DNA from: a virus
DNA: 64,000 nucleotides
Strand: one strand, 5' to 3'
IMG/VR virus record: IMGVR_UViG_3300005537_000002
Span: 64,001-128,000 of that record
Positions 34,145-43,664 of the stretch are shown piece by piece (within the stretch, counting starts at the first letter, position 1; each line of letters begins with the position of its first letter). The position numbers and the translations under genes were made by a program. The notes under the pieces were generated by a model, which was given only the letters and a program-made list of their open reading frames with translations, made no database searches and was not told the origin of the DNA.

Positions 34145-34678
34145 GTGCTTACTATTACTCAGTTGGGTGTGGAGACTGACAAACTCTACCTTAGGGAGTT
34201 CGAGACTCACGCTGTCCACTTGAGGAGGAAGTTTGCCGGAAGGGTACTACTTCGTACCGTAAACCTACTAGATCCGGTCGACGTAATAGATGCGTGGTCG
34301 AACGTGCAGAGTGCTGATATCGTCATAGCACACGTGAGTGCGGACTTTCTGTACGTGTTGGACTCATTGACCGATTATCAGTCCGGGCGTAACTTAGTCC
34401 GGGATGAGATTGTGAACAAGCGTAGTACGGGTGCTATGGTGATACTAGTAGCGCTTTCTCACTGCTCTTGGGATGAGGAAGCAGCCTTCGAAGGTTTGTA
34501 TCCCGTACCCAATCTTGCGGGAGTGAAGAAGTTCCCCGGTGGAAGGGATTCTGCTTGGAGAGCTGTCGTGACTGAAGTTGAGCGTACTATCAAGCACTAC
34601 TTGAGGATTTGCTCTAGGTGTGGTACTGATGTACCGACTGGCTTCAAATATTGCTCCGATTGTGGGGCTGAAGTCTAA
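34145..34678 (+). CDS. Divergent TIR-domain protein with C-terminal zinc ribbon
   Basis: DKLYLREFETH..HLRR, ADIVIAHVSADFL, VILVALSHCSW, RDSAW..VV..V match bacterial TIR_2 blocks; ends in CSRC...YCSDCG. Confidence 0.7.
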   Translation: MLTITQLGVETDKLYLREFETHAVHLRRKFAGRVLLRTVNLLDPVDVIDAWSNVQSADIVIAHVSADFLYVLDSLTDYQSGRNLVRDEIVNKRSTGAMVILVALSHCSWDEEAAFEGLYPVPNLAGVKKFPGGRDSAWRAVVTEVERTIKHYLRICSRCGTDVPTGFKYCSDCGAEV

Positions 34679-34694
34679 AAGAAGGGGGTTACAT

Positions 34695-35156
34695 ATGCCA
34701 AAAATTGTGTCAGTGTTCTGTGCTGAGAAGCAGAAGGCAGACCGTAAACTAGCTGATGAGTTGGGGGTTAGTCTAGAGTTGTGTGGTATTCCGTATTACG
34801 ATATGAGTACGTCACTCATAGCAGGTACCGAGTTGCGGACGGAACTGGATCGCTTCTGGAAGGAGTCGACGTTAGGAATACTGATCATGTCAAGTAGCTT
34901 ACTCTCAGAGGCTTCCAGGGAGAGTACTGTCATTGGGAGAATGGTACGGAAGTGCTTTGCAGAGGCTATGCCTAGTGAGAAGGCTAGTGGGAGCTACGCT
35001 GTGATGGCGAGTGACTGTCTCCTGGACTTCTCGGAGCTTTCTTACCTGAGACGGGAACTTACCGCCAGCGGTGACTTTTGGTTGAATGCTAATACTCAAG
35101 AACGGGATGTGTCGTGGAACCTCTTTATGAGAAAGTTGCTATCCGATCTGAGGTAA
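34695..35156 (+). CDS. Second divergent TIR-domain protein
   Basis: KIVSVF..E...D..L..EL, LIAGTE.RTELD, GILIMSSSLL, VMASDCL, RDVSW..F...L. Confidence 0.6.
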   Translation: MPKIVSVFCAEKQKADRKLADELGVSLELCGIPYYDMSTSLIAGTELRTELDRFWKESTLGILIMSSSLLSEASRESTVIGRMVRKCFAEAMPSEKASGSYAVMASDCLLDFSELSYLRRELTASGDFWLNANTQERDVSWNLFMRKLLSDLR

Positions 35157-35159
35157 TAT

Positions 35160-35501
35160 ATGTGTAACAATGGGGTAACTAATACTCACCCAACAGCAGG
35201 ACTAACGACAACCGGTTGGTTGTTTCAGTTCGGCCCTATCGATGTAGACTTGACAGAAAGGCCGTTTCTACATGAGGTTATGTGGCTATACGCGGTCAAG
35301 TCAAGAGACCGTAGACTGCCGGAAGACGTAAGACTGGCATGTTGCGAAGTTGTAGCTGTCTGTCAGTCAAAAACTATGCAGAATCACGGCCATCACAGAC
35401 GACGTGCTTTTACAGACAGAATGGTACGACCTGAGCTAACGCAAGCACAGTTAGCAGTGTTTACTGAGGCGAACGAGTGGATGCAACTAGTACGAAACTA
35501 A
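35160..35501 (+). CDS. Hypothetical protein
   Basis: GAGGT RBS. Confidence 0.55.
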   Translation: MCNNGVTNTHPTAGLTTTGWLFQFGPIDVDLTERPFLHEVMWLYAVKSRDRRLPEDVRLACCEVVAVCQSKTMQNHGHHRRRAFTDRMVRPELTQAQLAVFTEANEWMQLVRN

Positions 35502-35511
35502 GGAGAAATAT

Positions 35512-36270
35512 ATGTCGGATAACCCTACTAGCGCGACATTTAGACGACTTAAAGCGTTAATGGCTTTAAGAGACCACCCGGGTACGCCAGAAGAAGCTGC
35601 ATCCGCCGCAGCTAAAGTACAGGAGTTACTAGCTAAGTACAATCTAGAGGTAGCACAGGTGGAGCAGTTCGGTTCTACGGATGACTACACAGAAACACCC
35701 GTAGACCTGGGTGTTCCTTTCGGTGTACCTACCGCTTGGCGTAGACAGCTACTAGCCGAGATAGCCGGCTGTAACTTCTGCCAGACTGTCGGTATTAAGT
35801 ACGCTGCTAGTGCTATGCATCAACCTGCGACTAAGCAACCCCCACAGATCTCTATGCTAGTAGGTCAACCTCATAACATAGAGGTCGTTAAGTACCTCTT
35901 TACGTACTTAACTGGAGCTATCTCCTCTTTGGGGGAAGCGAGTTGGTTAGGCAATAGATATCGTGTCCGCATGCCGAAAATGCAGTACATGGACAGCTTC
36001 TACAAAGGAGCTGTATTAACTGTTGCGCGTCGGTTGAGGAGTCAGCAGTCAGTTACTAGCTCTGCTGACAGAAACATGCAAGCGTTGATGGTCGTGAAGG
36101 ACCAAGCTCTTGCGACCGCAGTCAAAAAGTTTCACCCGAAATTGGTTGCTGGACCAATAACTAATGCAACCAGTGCGGACGCTTTCAATGCCGGTGTACA
36201 GGCCGGCAACCGTATACAGATTAACAAAGGCCTAAGCGGAGCTACTCCGAAACCAAAGCAACTGAATTAA
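35512..36270 (+). CDS. DUF2786-domain protein
   Basis: RRLKALMAL..HPGTPEEAASAAAKVQELLAKYNL; C-terminal F.AG..AG. Confidence 0.8.
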   Translation: MSDNPTSATFRRLKALMALRDHPGTPEEAASAAAKVQELLAKYNLEVAQVEQFGSTDDYTETPVDLGVPFGVPTAWRRQLLAEIAGCNFCQTVGIKYAASAMHQPATKQPPQISMLVGQPHNIEVVKYLFTYLTGAISSLGEASWLGNRYRVRMPKMQYMDSFYKGAVLTVARRLRSQQSVTSSADRNMQALMVVKDQALATAVKKFHPKLVAGPITNATSADAFNAGVQAGNRIQINKGLSGATPKPKQLN

Positions 36271-36284
36271 GGAGTGGGTAAAGT

Positions 36285-36485
36285 ATGAAGTGGCAGTACT
36301 GGGTCGGCCAACTCGTAATAGGTGTAGCATCTGCGTCTGCAGGAGGTTTGCTAGGTTGGACGTTCTGGTACATCGGTATAGATTGGGTGATGTTACTAGT
36401 AGTAGCCGTTTGTACCATACTGGTATCTGCCAGTAACATCGTTTGGATAGAACTTTGCAAGCGAAAGGGGTGGTATAGTGTTTAA
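36285..36485 (+). CDS. Small two-TM protein
   Basis: AAGGAG RBS; hydrophobic helices. Confidence 0.5.
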   Translation: MKWQYWVGQLVIGVASASAGGLLGWTFWYIGIDWVMLLVVAVCTILVSASNIVWIELCKRKGWYSV

Positions 36486-36705
36486 GGGTAGGCATTTGCC
36501 TAAGAACTGGCGTTTTTGGTTAGGAGTTGTAGTTCTTACAACGCTAGTAGTATGGCTTACGTATACTAGTAGAGACCTCCTAACGGTGGGTTTGTACCCA
36601 GCGACGTGGCACACTTTTTTACGCTGTGCTTGTCGGTGTACTTGTATGATGTGTGGTCTTCGTGTGCTGGACTATCGTTTGTGGATTGATGAGGTGGTAT
36701 CGTGA
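36478..36705 (+). CDS. Small membrane protein
   Basis: Overlaps both neighbours; one TM helix. Confidence 0.4.
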   Translation: MFKGRHLPKNWRFWLGVVVLTTLVVWLTYTSRDLLTVGLYPATWHTFLRCACRCTCMMCGLRVLDYRLWIDEVVS

Positions 36706-37115
36706 CTAAAGACCCTATCGGTAGTAGGCTGGTTGGAGATGGTGCGTCCTCGGTCAGGACGTATACGCCGCCAGACGAGAGTAGGAAGACCGAACGTGAG
36801 TTATTGGAAGACGTTATTGAGTCGACCGGTGCAAAGTCAGCGGTTGCTGACAATCATTCAGGACATGGTTTGGTATGGGATACAGGCTATACGATGTCAC
36901 CCGCTCCTAAGTCTGGGGTAGGAACGTTAGCGTTTCGGCTGTACTACCACGGTCTAGGAGAAACTGAACGTCTCGCTTGGTTCTATCAAGTGCAAGCGGA
37001 GCTAGAGCGAGTAGGCTACTGTGCTAAACTAGTCGCAAATACGCGGGCGAATGCCGAGCTCGGTAGTCAAGAGTTGTTGGTGTGGATACCAACAAGAAAG
37101 AAGGAGAACGTATGA
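36702..37115 (+). CDS. Hypothetical protein
   Basis: GAGGTG RBS. Confidence 0.55.
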   Translation: MTKDPIGSRLVGDGASSVRTYTPPDESRKTERELLEDVIESTGAKSAVADNHSGHGLVWDTGYTMSPAPKSGVGTLAFRLYYHGLGETERLAWFYQVQAELERVGYCAKLVANTRANAELGSQELLVWIPTRKKENV

Positions 37116-37360
37116 GTCTACTAATAGTTGGTCTAGTCTGCTTAACTACAGTACTTATAACGTACATGACACTTTTGGCCACAAAGTTGGTGGCAGAAGC
37201 CTTTGTAAGCGTAAGTCAGGAACGTACTAAACAGCTGCCGTACGCAGTACAAATAGCGGATGCTCTAGCTCGAAAGGCAGAGTACGAGTACGGTGAAGAA
37301 GACGAGGAAGAGTCAGAAGACGATGACGAGGGTCCCTTTAAGGATATGGGTATGCGTTAG
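37112..37360 (+). CDS. Single-TM protein with acidic tail
   Basis: AAGGAG RBS; EEDEEESEDDDE tail. Confidence 0.55.
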   Translation: MSLLIVGLVCLTTVLITYMTLLATKLVAEAFVSVSQERTKQLPYAVQIADALARKAEYEYGEEDEEESEDDDEGPFKDMGMR

Positions 37361-37379
37361 GTTTCAAGACTAGAAAGGG

Positions 37380-37619
37380 TTGATGATGTCTCCGTACTAC
37401 ATCGATACATTTGTAGGGTTAATTATTGTTGTTGCTACTTTCACGATACCGTCTATCATCTCCCAACTTAAGAGTTGGCGAGTTGACATCGAGGTAGAGC
37501 ACACTAAACAGGAGGAGCTACGTCTAAAGCAACTCGAGTTAGAGGTGCAACTAAAGGGTCAGCCTAAAGAAGCCGTAGAAGAACAGGGTTGGCAGTACCT
37601 TCCCCCACAAGGGAGGTAG
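37380..37619 (+). CDS. Single-TM coiled-coil protein
   Basis: GAAAGG RBS. Confidence 0.55.
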   Translation: MMMSPYYIDTFVGLIIVVATFTIPSIISQLKSWRVDIEVEHTKQEELRLKQLELEVQLKGQPKEAVEEQGWQYLPPQGR

Positions 37620-37622
37620 AGT

Positions 37623-38000
37623 ATGTCAGAAGGGGAGTCTGTACCAGTAGATGAAGAACTGTTAGATAAGCTGTGCGAGAACTTTCGGTTCTACCTTATT
37701 AGGGTAGCAGATATGTGGTGGAGAGCTCATAAGGATGCGTGGCCGGAGGATCCTAACCAGTTCAAGATACCCGAAGCTCTTGCGGAGGTGTTGCACTCTT
37801 CTATGGAAGGTTGGGTGGTAGCACACTGGGACGAGTGGAGAGCTGTAGTGGGTTCGGGTAGTGTACTAGTAGGTCACGACGTAAAGAAAGAGTACGTTCT
37901 TCAGGTAATGGGGGAAGACCTGAGAATGTTGCGTAATGAGGGCTACGTTAGCTCACCACATTGGGTGAGTACGGGACCTAGTGAAGATCAACCGGAGTAG
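37623..38000 (+). CDS. Hypothetical protein
   Basis: GGAGGT RBS. Confidence 0.55.
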   Translation: MSEGESVPVDEELLDKLCENFRFYLIRVADMWWRAHKDAWPEDPNQFKIPEALAEVLHSSMEGWVVAHWDEWRAVVGSGSVLVGHDVKKEYVLQVMGEDLRMLRNEGYVSSPHWVSTGPSEDQPE

Positions 38001-38011
38001 TTACGTAGTAG

Positions 38012-38064
38012 AGTAGGCGAATATGTTCGCCTACTTGTTTTCAAACGTTTGTATATATTATAAT
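38012..38064 (+). promoter_or_regulatory. Terminator hairpin fused to a sigma70-like promoter
   Basis: AGTAGGCGAA-TATG-TTCGCCTACT; TTGTTT(38035)-18-TATAAT. Confidence 0.75.
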
Positions 38065-38103
38065 ATAAACGACCACAATTTATAAACAAAGGAGGTTACG
38101 GAC

Positions 38104-38427
38104 ATGTTGCTAGACAACTCTAATAGCACACCGTCAGCTGTGTACGCTCGTGCAGTGTCAGAAGCATTCGGCGAGATTGAGGAGATTTGTAATACGTATG
38201 TAGTAGGCCCGCGTATGTTAGGCATGATTGAAGTCGTATTACAGGATCTAATTGACAGAGTCGGTAGGGACATTGAGAGTAGGTGGCTAGATATGCGGTT
38301 GCGAGAGACGCAAGAGGCTCATAATACAATGATGCAAGCCTTATTCGCTGGCCTTGGTATGAGAGAACCCGTAGACGCTGTCGTTGTGCCAGTAGAGTAC
38401 GAAACTGCGGAGAACGGAGACGAGTGA
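38104..38427 (+). CDS. Hypothetical protein
   Basis: AAGGAGG RBS. Confidence 0.6.
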   Translation: MLLDNSNSTPSAVYARAVSEAFGEIEEICNTYVVGPRMLGMIEVVLQDLIDRVGRDIESRWLDMRLRETQEAHNTMMQALFAGLGMREPVDAVVVPVEYETAENGDE

Positions 38428-38717
38428 TGTCGGTCAAGCATGTTTCACATACAAGGGAGGAGTTACTAGAACTGATACCACTGAAGCTGAAGACGTATCC
38501 CGCTCTAGCGGCAGGACTTTTACTAAAGTTGTTTCAGGGTACACCAGCAGATAATGTCCACTATGCTTTAGAGCGACTTAGAGCGGATGGTATAGTTTTA
38601 CGGGCTGCTATACCAACTGGTAAGGATATCGTCGCAGTATACTACCATAGAACCTCTACTGTGTTTATAGAAGCGTTTTATAATGCCCAGTTCGGAGACC
38701 GATGGAGTAGATACTAG
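38424..38717 (+). CDS. Winged-helix-like protein, paralog of 41246-41560
   Basis: T.E/DL...IP..LK...V.Y/FAL..L...G+L.AA.IP....YY/FY. Confidence 0.5.
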   Translation: MMSVKHVSHTREELLELIPLKLKTYPALAAGLLLKLFQGTPADNVHYALERLRADGIVLRAAIPTGKDIVAVYYHRTSTVFIEAFYNAQFGDRWSRY

Positions 38718-39255
38718 AAGGGGTGTTGCTATAAAAATATGGACGCTTGACCGTAACTGGTGGGAGTGTTTTCGTGCGTTAGACACCCAACGGTTGCTGG
38801 CGCAACATTTTGAGCATCATACGATACTGTCGATGGTAGCTAGGGGTAGACGTTGGAAAGGCTGGGAGGAGCCTCAGTATAGGTTTGAGTTGGTAAGCTT
38901 GCATGATATGATAGTCGAGGAGCTACGAGTACGTAAGATGCCTTCTGGACTTAAGCATCTGACACCAGTCGAGCATGAAGTGTGCGTAGATGAGCAGCGA
39001 ACGTATCCTATCACCGATGACATGTTAGAGGACGAACGTTGGGCCTTAACATGTCGTTGGAATGGGGTGTATAAAGGTAGAGACGAACCTCCGTTTTGGT
39101 GGTTGGGGTATGAAGAGCGTTATCAAGCACAGGGAGGTGTCTGCCTTCATAACGGTGACGTAGAACGTATCGACAGCGACACCTACCTGTGCTTACTCTG
39201 CAAGCAGTTCACACGAGAAGCTGGAACTAAGTTATGGGAGCCAAAAAGAAAGTGA
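38683..39255 (+). CDS. Hypothetical protein with a C-terminal Cys/His cluster
   Basis: CLH...CLLC. Confidence 0.55.
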   Translation: MPSSETDGVDTRRGVAIKIWTLDRNWWECFRALDTQRLLAQHFEHHTILSMVARGRRWKGWEEPQYRFELVSLHDMIVEELRVRKMPSGLKHLTPVEHEVCVDEQRTYPITDDMLEDERWALTCRWNGVYKGRDEPPFWWLGYEERYQAQGGVCLHNGDVERIDSDTYLCLLCKQFTREAGTKLWEPKRK

Positions 39256-39617
39256 GTAAGCAGATGTTGACGACGTTGCAAAACTTCATTTGGGAACGAG
39301 TTCCTCCTGGCAGGATTGCTGCTAGATTCAAACATGAGTTGAGAGTACAGTTAGGGGTAAAGCCCTTTATGTCGGTCTCGTTAGATGAGGACGGTGTTAA
39401 GCAGTACGAAACGCTGCTGTCATCAGTGGTAGTAGCAGACTTTATACAACACATGCAAGAGCATGAAGCTGCTTACTGGTCGTCTTTAGGTTACGATCCA
39501 CCGCTAGTAACAGCGGCGACAGCATACGCGATAGCACTAGGCATACCGACTGTGCTATCAGAGATCTTCCAGAACAGCGTGTTGATGAGAGCCTGGACAA
39601 AGGAGACAGAAGAATGA
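39234..39617 (+). CDS. Hypothetical protein, paralog of 39614-39952
   Basis: TLQ.FI, RF.H.L, YW.S+, L.E+F shared. Confidence 0.6.
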   Translation: MGAKKKVSKQMLTTLQNFIWERVPPGRIAARFKHELRVQLGVKPFMSVSLDEDGVKQYETLLSSVVVADFIQHMQEHEAAYWSSLGYDPPLVTAATAYAIALGIPTVLSEIFQNSVLMRAWTKETEE

Positions 39618-39952
39618 TGACGCTACAAGAGTTTATACAGCAGTTTGTACCTTCGTTGTCTCTTCAACTTCGGTTTCTACACTCGTTGAAGTCCGAGTGG
39701 GGTATTAAGTCCGATCTTAACCTACAGCACACGTTGAACGCAGCTGACCTAGACGAGTGTAAAGATGTACTAGCTCAAGAGATAGCACACGAGTACGTAC
39801 GTGTTATGCAGGGAGCTGACGAGAACTATTGGAATAGTGTGAAGGACGATGAACTTCGAGGGATAGCTATTCAGCACATACTTGATGGCGTCGTAGGCGA
39901 TCTAGCGGAAGTAGTTTTCGGTAAGAGTAAGATCTTTAGCGATGAGGAGTAG
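39614..39952 (+). CDS. Hypothetical protein, paralog of 39234-39617
   Basis: Same shared blocks. Confidence 0.6.
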   Translation: MMTLQEFIQQFVPSLSLQLRFLHSLKSEWGIKSDLNLQHTLNAADLDECKDVLAQEIAHEYVRVMQGADENYWNSVKDDELRGIAIQHILDGVVGDLAEVVFGKSKIFSDEE

Positions 39953-39954
39953 GG

Positions 39955-40287
39955 ATGGCTATGACTCTAGGGAATGAATTGGAACGTATGATTCACGACG
40001 TCTTGTTGAAGGGGGGGTTCAGCGACTTTGTGACCCGACAGGTGTACGGTCGTAGGGGTGTGATAGTGTTCTATTCCGACCCTACCGGCGTGCAGATGTC
40101 TTCGCTCGAGAGAAAGCACAAGGTCGGTGGGATCTGTGACAGACTCATCAAATATGGGTTACCTGCTGAATACGACTGGTACCTCGGGTCGTACGTCTGT
40201 GTAGTATCTTTTAGGGAGGAGATTCCACCGTATGTAACTGCAGCAGAGGAAGATTGCGAGGAAGAGCAGTATGAAGAGACTGCCTGA
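39955..40287 (+). CDS. Hypothetical protein
   Basis: GAGGAG RBS. Confidence 0.55.
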   Translation: MAMTLGNELERMIHDVLLKGGFSDFVTRQVYGRRGVIVFYSDPTGVQMSSLERKHKVGGICDRLIKYGLPAEYDWYLGSYVCVVSFREEIPPYVTAAEEDCEEEQYEETA

Positions 40288-40319
40288 CGAGTAAGTGAGG
40301 TTAGCCTAGGGGTAGCCTC

Positions 40320-40349
40320 TTGTAAAAGCAGGAGGCTATATTTTATAAT
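40320..40349 (+). promoter_or_regulatory. Sigma70-like phage promoter
   Basis: CCTC-TTGTAA-18-TATAAT. Confidence 0.7.
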
Positions 40350-40365
40350 TATAGTATAAACATCG

Positions 40366-40992
40366 TTGGCACGCGATAGGAGCACAGGTATGCAGACCGG
40401 TATCCCCGACTACGACCGTTGGTACGTGGAACAAGCCCCTTACATTCAGGTAAGCTGGGCACAGATCATCGACGCTGTGCTATGCCGGCTTAGGACTGGA
40501 GTAACAGCGACTGACTTAGCGGGTATTAGATGGAGTGTCGCAGTAGACTTTGTGACACTGACTAAATCTCCTGATCCGATTAAGTACGCAATAGCGTACG
40601 CAGCAGTAGAAGGGGAGGAGTTCCACGACAACCGGGGAGAGTTTCCACAAGCTACATGGAAGAAGTTACTATGGGATATAAGGGTATCCCATATGGAAGG
40701 TTGCGCGGTAGGAGAGCTGTATGAACGTCATTATACGTCTTGGAGGTATTTTGAGGAGCTTTGGTTCCTCGACCCTATTAAGTACTCTTACTTGCATGAC
40801 GGTATGCAGTTGGAGAACCCCTCAGACAGTCAGTTGCTTGAAATCACGCACTATTGGGCTAGTGCGATCATGACTCGAGTAGACTACGTCAGCTTTCCGG
40901 ATAGAGCGTATGACCAGTGGCTGACAGCTAAACTAAGGCAACCCGGAGCTATAAGTAGACTACAGGAGAAACTGTTGGAGTTTTTAGCATAA
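40366..40992 (+). CDS. Hypothetical protein
   Basis: Long ORF after the promoter. Confidence 0.6.
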   Translation: MARDRSTGMQTGIPDYDRWYVEQAPYIQVSWAQIIDAVLCRLRTGVTATDLAGIRWSVAVDFVTLTKSPDPIKYAIAYAAVEGEEFHDNRGEFPQATWKKLLWDIRVSHMEGCAVGELYERHYTSWRYFEELWFLDPIKYSYLHDGMQLENPSDSQLLEITHYWASAIMTRVDYVSFPDRAYDQWLTAKLRQPGAISRLQEKLLEFLA

Positions 40993-41249
40993 TGGTACTA
41001 GTATCCGGTAGGGACGTAGACAGTATCTGTAGGTCGATCGACTTCATATGCGACGGGGTGCATAGCAACTGGTCGTTTTCAGCTAGTTTCCTGCTACCGT
41101 TTTCGTATGAACAGGTGGTAGCTATTCAGGAGTTTGTAGCTACCTTCTTACGTATACCGTCTGCGGCTACTGCAGGGCTTATCCAGATAGAGGTGAGGAT
41201 GCCGGGTAATCCTCATACAGTGACAGCGTATATAGGTAGAGTTGAGTGA
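40992..41249 (+). CDS. Hypothetical protein
   Basis: TAATG overlap. Confidence 0.5.
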   Translation: MVLVSGRDVDSICRSIDFICDGVHSNWSFSASFLLPFSYEQVVAIQEFVATFLRIPSAATAGLIQIEVRMPGNPHTVTAYIGRVE

Positions 41250-41560
41250 AGAAGAGCTACACGACAGACGACTTGAAGGTCGCCATACCAAAAACGTTGA
41301 AGATGCTACTAACTGCGACCGTTGGCAGCCTACGATCTCGTATGCCAAAGTCCAAAGTAGCTGATATAAGGTTTGTACTAAACCACTTAGTAAGTATAGG
41401 ACTTCTAAAGGCGGCACTTATACCTGCGGAGACGCATACAGGGTTAGAACTCGTCTTTTACCGTATAGAGTCCTCGGATGAAGTAGAAGCACTATACAAC
41501 TACTACTACGGTCAGTCTTGGGTCCCTTACAGGCTAGCAAGTATGGAGGAGGTAACGTAG
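41246..41560 (+). CDS. Winged-helix-like protein, paralog of 38424-38717
   Basis: Shared pattern with 38424-38717. Confidence 0.5.
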   Translation: MKKSYTTDDLKVAIPKTLKMLLTATVGSLRSRMPKSKVADIRFVLNHLVSIGLLKAALIPAETHTGLELVFYRIESSDEVEALYNYYYGQSWVPYRLASMEEVT

Positions 41561-42013
41561 TTGGCAAGTCAAACAGCACCTCGTTTAGCGGATACGGAGT
41601 TTGCAAATCGGTTACATCACGAGCTCTGGCCCTTTCACGGACATCCTAACGGTCCTAGGATGGCACAGATGGGTAACATTATGCAGGACCTGTCTAACTT
41701 AGCACAGGAGGGTGTGTACGTAGAACCCTCTTCCGTACGAGAGTACGTCTCGCTGAACCATCCTGAACTGAGTACGGGTAAGGATGTGGAGGAGTATGCA
41801 AAACTAGTGATGAAGGCTCACGTATTCTATCACCGGGAGATGCGAGACGTTGGTGAGACTCTAGCTAGGTCTAGCAAGCAGGAAGCTGTCAATGACAACG
41901 TTGCTACTACCAGGCCTAAGCTGCCTGTTAAGTCTATTGTACTGCATACGACTTGGATAGTTGTGTTTGTAGTCTGCATCGCAGTGATAGTGTTATACAT
42001 GCTACAGTCATAA
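41561..42013 (+). CDS. Hypothetical protein with a C-terminal TM anchor
   Basis: GGAGG RBS; hydrophobic C-terminus. Confidence 0.55.
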   Translation: MASQTAPRLADTEFANRLHHELWPFHGHPNGPRMAQMGNIMQDLSNLAQEGVYVEPSSVREYVSLNHPELSTGKDVEEYAKLVMKAHVFYHREMRDVGETLARSSKQEAVNDNVATTRPKLPVKSIVLHTTWIVVFVVCIAVIVLYMLQS

Positions 42014-42023
42014 GGGAGGTTTC

Positions 42024-42389
42024 GTGGACCACACACCATACGCACAGGAAGAGCTTCCGTATAGAGTCCCCAAACACGTGTGGGACAGAGCTAAGGAATT
42101 GTCGTACAAACTGCACGCTTTCGACTTAGAATCCGAGATGGATGCTGAAGATTGGTATCAGTGGGGCTTCATGTGGGCATGGGACTGCGTCCGTAGAGCA
42201 TACGCCGACTACTTACTAGAGGTCTGTACAGAGTCACTGGTCCAACTAATGCGAGGGCAACTCCAGTACGCTGTGCTATTCGACTCGCTGTTTAAGTCCG
42301 GCAACGATACACTATTCCCACTCGACATGGACGTCGGACTCGAACTCGCTAATTACGTGTGGTGTGAGCTGAAAGACTTGCCAAAGTAG
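42024..42389 (+). CDS. Hypothetical protein, paralog of 56511-56906
   Basis: W.+...+RRA+.+.L+E...+.GND.LFP...+D.++...+W. Confidence 0.6.
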   Translation: MDHTPYAQEELPYRVPKHVWDRAKELSYKLHAFDLESEMDAEDWYQWGFMWAWDCVRRAYADYLLEVCTESLVQLMRGQLQYAVLFDSLFKSGNDTLFPLDMDVGLELANYVWCELKDLPK

Positions 42390-42393
42390 GCTA

Positions 42394-42460
42394 ACAAGAG
42401 GCCGAAAGCTATTATACTTTCGGCCTCTTGTTTTCGATTGGGTGAATATTTTATAATATA
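42394..42460 (+). promoter_or_regulatory. Terminator-promoter cassette, 67 bp identical to 56911-56977
   Basis: 15-bp stem ACAAGAGGCCGAAAG/CTTTCGGCCTCTTGT whose 3' arm and T tract form the -35 (42428); TATAAT at 42452. Confidence 0.85.
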
Positions 42461-42498
42461 AATAGAAAATAAAATACTAGTTCCACAAGGAGGATACA

Positions 42499-42873
42499 TT
42501 GTCTAGGGAAGACCTTATTAGCAAACTACAACGTGCTTTAGAGTTTGCTATAGCAAACGATGCCGAAATCGCACAGTCTCTTGCTAACGTCCGTATATTG
42601 GGTGAGGCTTCTGAACCTGACTCTGCGGATGAGGGAATCATTACGCTACTAGAAAAAGTGGACCTTACGGAAGAGGCTCAAGAGATAGTCAACAAACACC
42701 CGTTGACTGACTCTATCGAGAGTGGGTACTTATACGACTTAGTCCTTAAGTACTACGGCAATCCGTATCAAAGGTCTGCCGGTGGTATGGTACGAGTATA
42801 CGGACTTGTACCGGGATCTGAAATACACTATCAAGTTTGGGACTATCCACCAGCTACAACAGAGGAGAACTAA
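42499..42873 (+). CDS. Hypothetical protein
   Basis: AAGGAGG RBS. Confidence 0.6.
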   Translation: MSREDLISKLQRALEFAIANDAEIAQSLANVRILGEASEPDSADEGIITLLEKVDLTEEAQEIVNKHPLTDSIESGYLYDLVLKYYGNPYQRSAGGMVRVYGLVPGSEIHYQVWDYPPATTEEN

Positions 42874-42877
42874 CACA

Positions 42878-43237
42878 ATGACAACAGTAGACGACCTGAT
42901 CGACCAGTTACTGTCACTGCAAGAGGACGGGTACGGAGCTCAAGAAGTGAAGATTGTGTACCAACCGAGCTACCCGGTGATGACTCACCTTCGACAGGTA
43001 GTTAGCGAGGAGGAGTATACGGTCGCACTCATACAAAGAGACACTGAGGAGGAGATAGAGCACGTAGAGGGGGGTAAAGAAGAGGAAGCGATGAAGTATG
43101 AAGGTGACTCGGAGTTGGTGGCTACGCTCAAACGCTTACGAGCGATGGAGTTCGAGAGAGGTGATTGTGTCTATATTCTAGCCGGTGATGGTGGAGGATA
43201 TGCACCATCTCACATCTACGACTCTACGGGTTGGTAG
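42878..43237 (+). CDS. Hypothetical acidic protein
   Basis: GAGGAG RBS. Confidence 0.55.
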   Translation: MTTVDDLIDQLLSLQEDGYGAQEVKIVYQPSYPVMTHLRQVVSEEEYTVALIQRDTEEEIEHVEGGKEEEAMKYEGDSELVATLKRLRAMEFERGDCVYILAGDGGGYAPSHIYDSTGW

Positions 43238-43252
43238 AAAGGAATCTGTCCA

Positions 43253-43519
43253 ATGGATGAGATAAAAGAACTGCCAGCGTTCGAAGCTAGCATACACAGT
43301 ATACTGGTGAGAACTGGTCATAGACGTTTTGTAACGCTAGTACATAAGACGTTTGTAGCAGTCCTCTACTACAACATCGAGCATCTCGGTGACTATGATC
43401 GGGATGAGTATGTAGAGGGGCTTGAGCAGTATAGAGCCGTACTCGAAGCTAATGGATATAGAGTCATACTACAGGACTCTCCTCGGTCGAAACCGTGGCT
43501 GATGGTTGCTACCCTCTGA
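43253..43519 (+). CDS. Hypothetical protein
   Basis: GAAAGGA RBS. Confidence 0.55.
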   Translation: MDEIKELPAFEASIHSILVRTGHRRFVTLVHKTFVAVLYYNIEHLGDYDRDEYVEGLEQYRAVLEANGYRVILQDSPRSKPWLMVATL

Positions 43520-43586
43520 GCTTAGTGAAGACGAAGTATATCGCAGTGATGACGCAGAGCCTTGATTGAGTATAAAGTATACCATC

Positions 43587-43616
43587 TTGTTTTCACCGGA
43601 TGGTATACTTTATAAT
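43587..43616 (+). promoter_or_regulatory. Sigma70-like promoter with the -35 enclosed by an 11-bp inverted repeat
   Basis: AGTATACCATC-TTGTTT..-GATGGTATACT, then TATAAT at 43611. Confidence 0.75.
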
Positions 43617-43664
43617 ATATTATATAAATATAAAAATTCTTACACACCCAAAGGAGGTCCCCAT

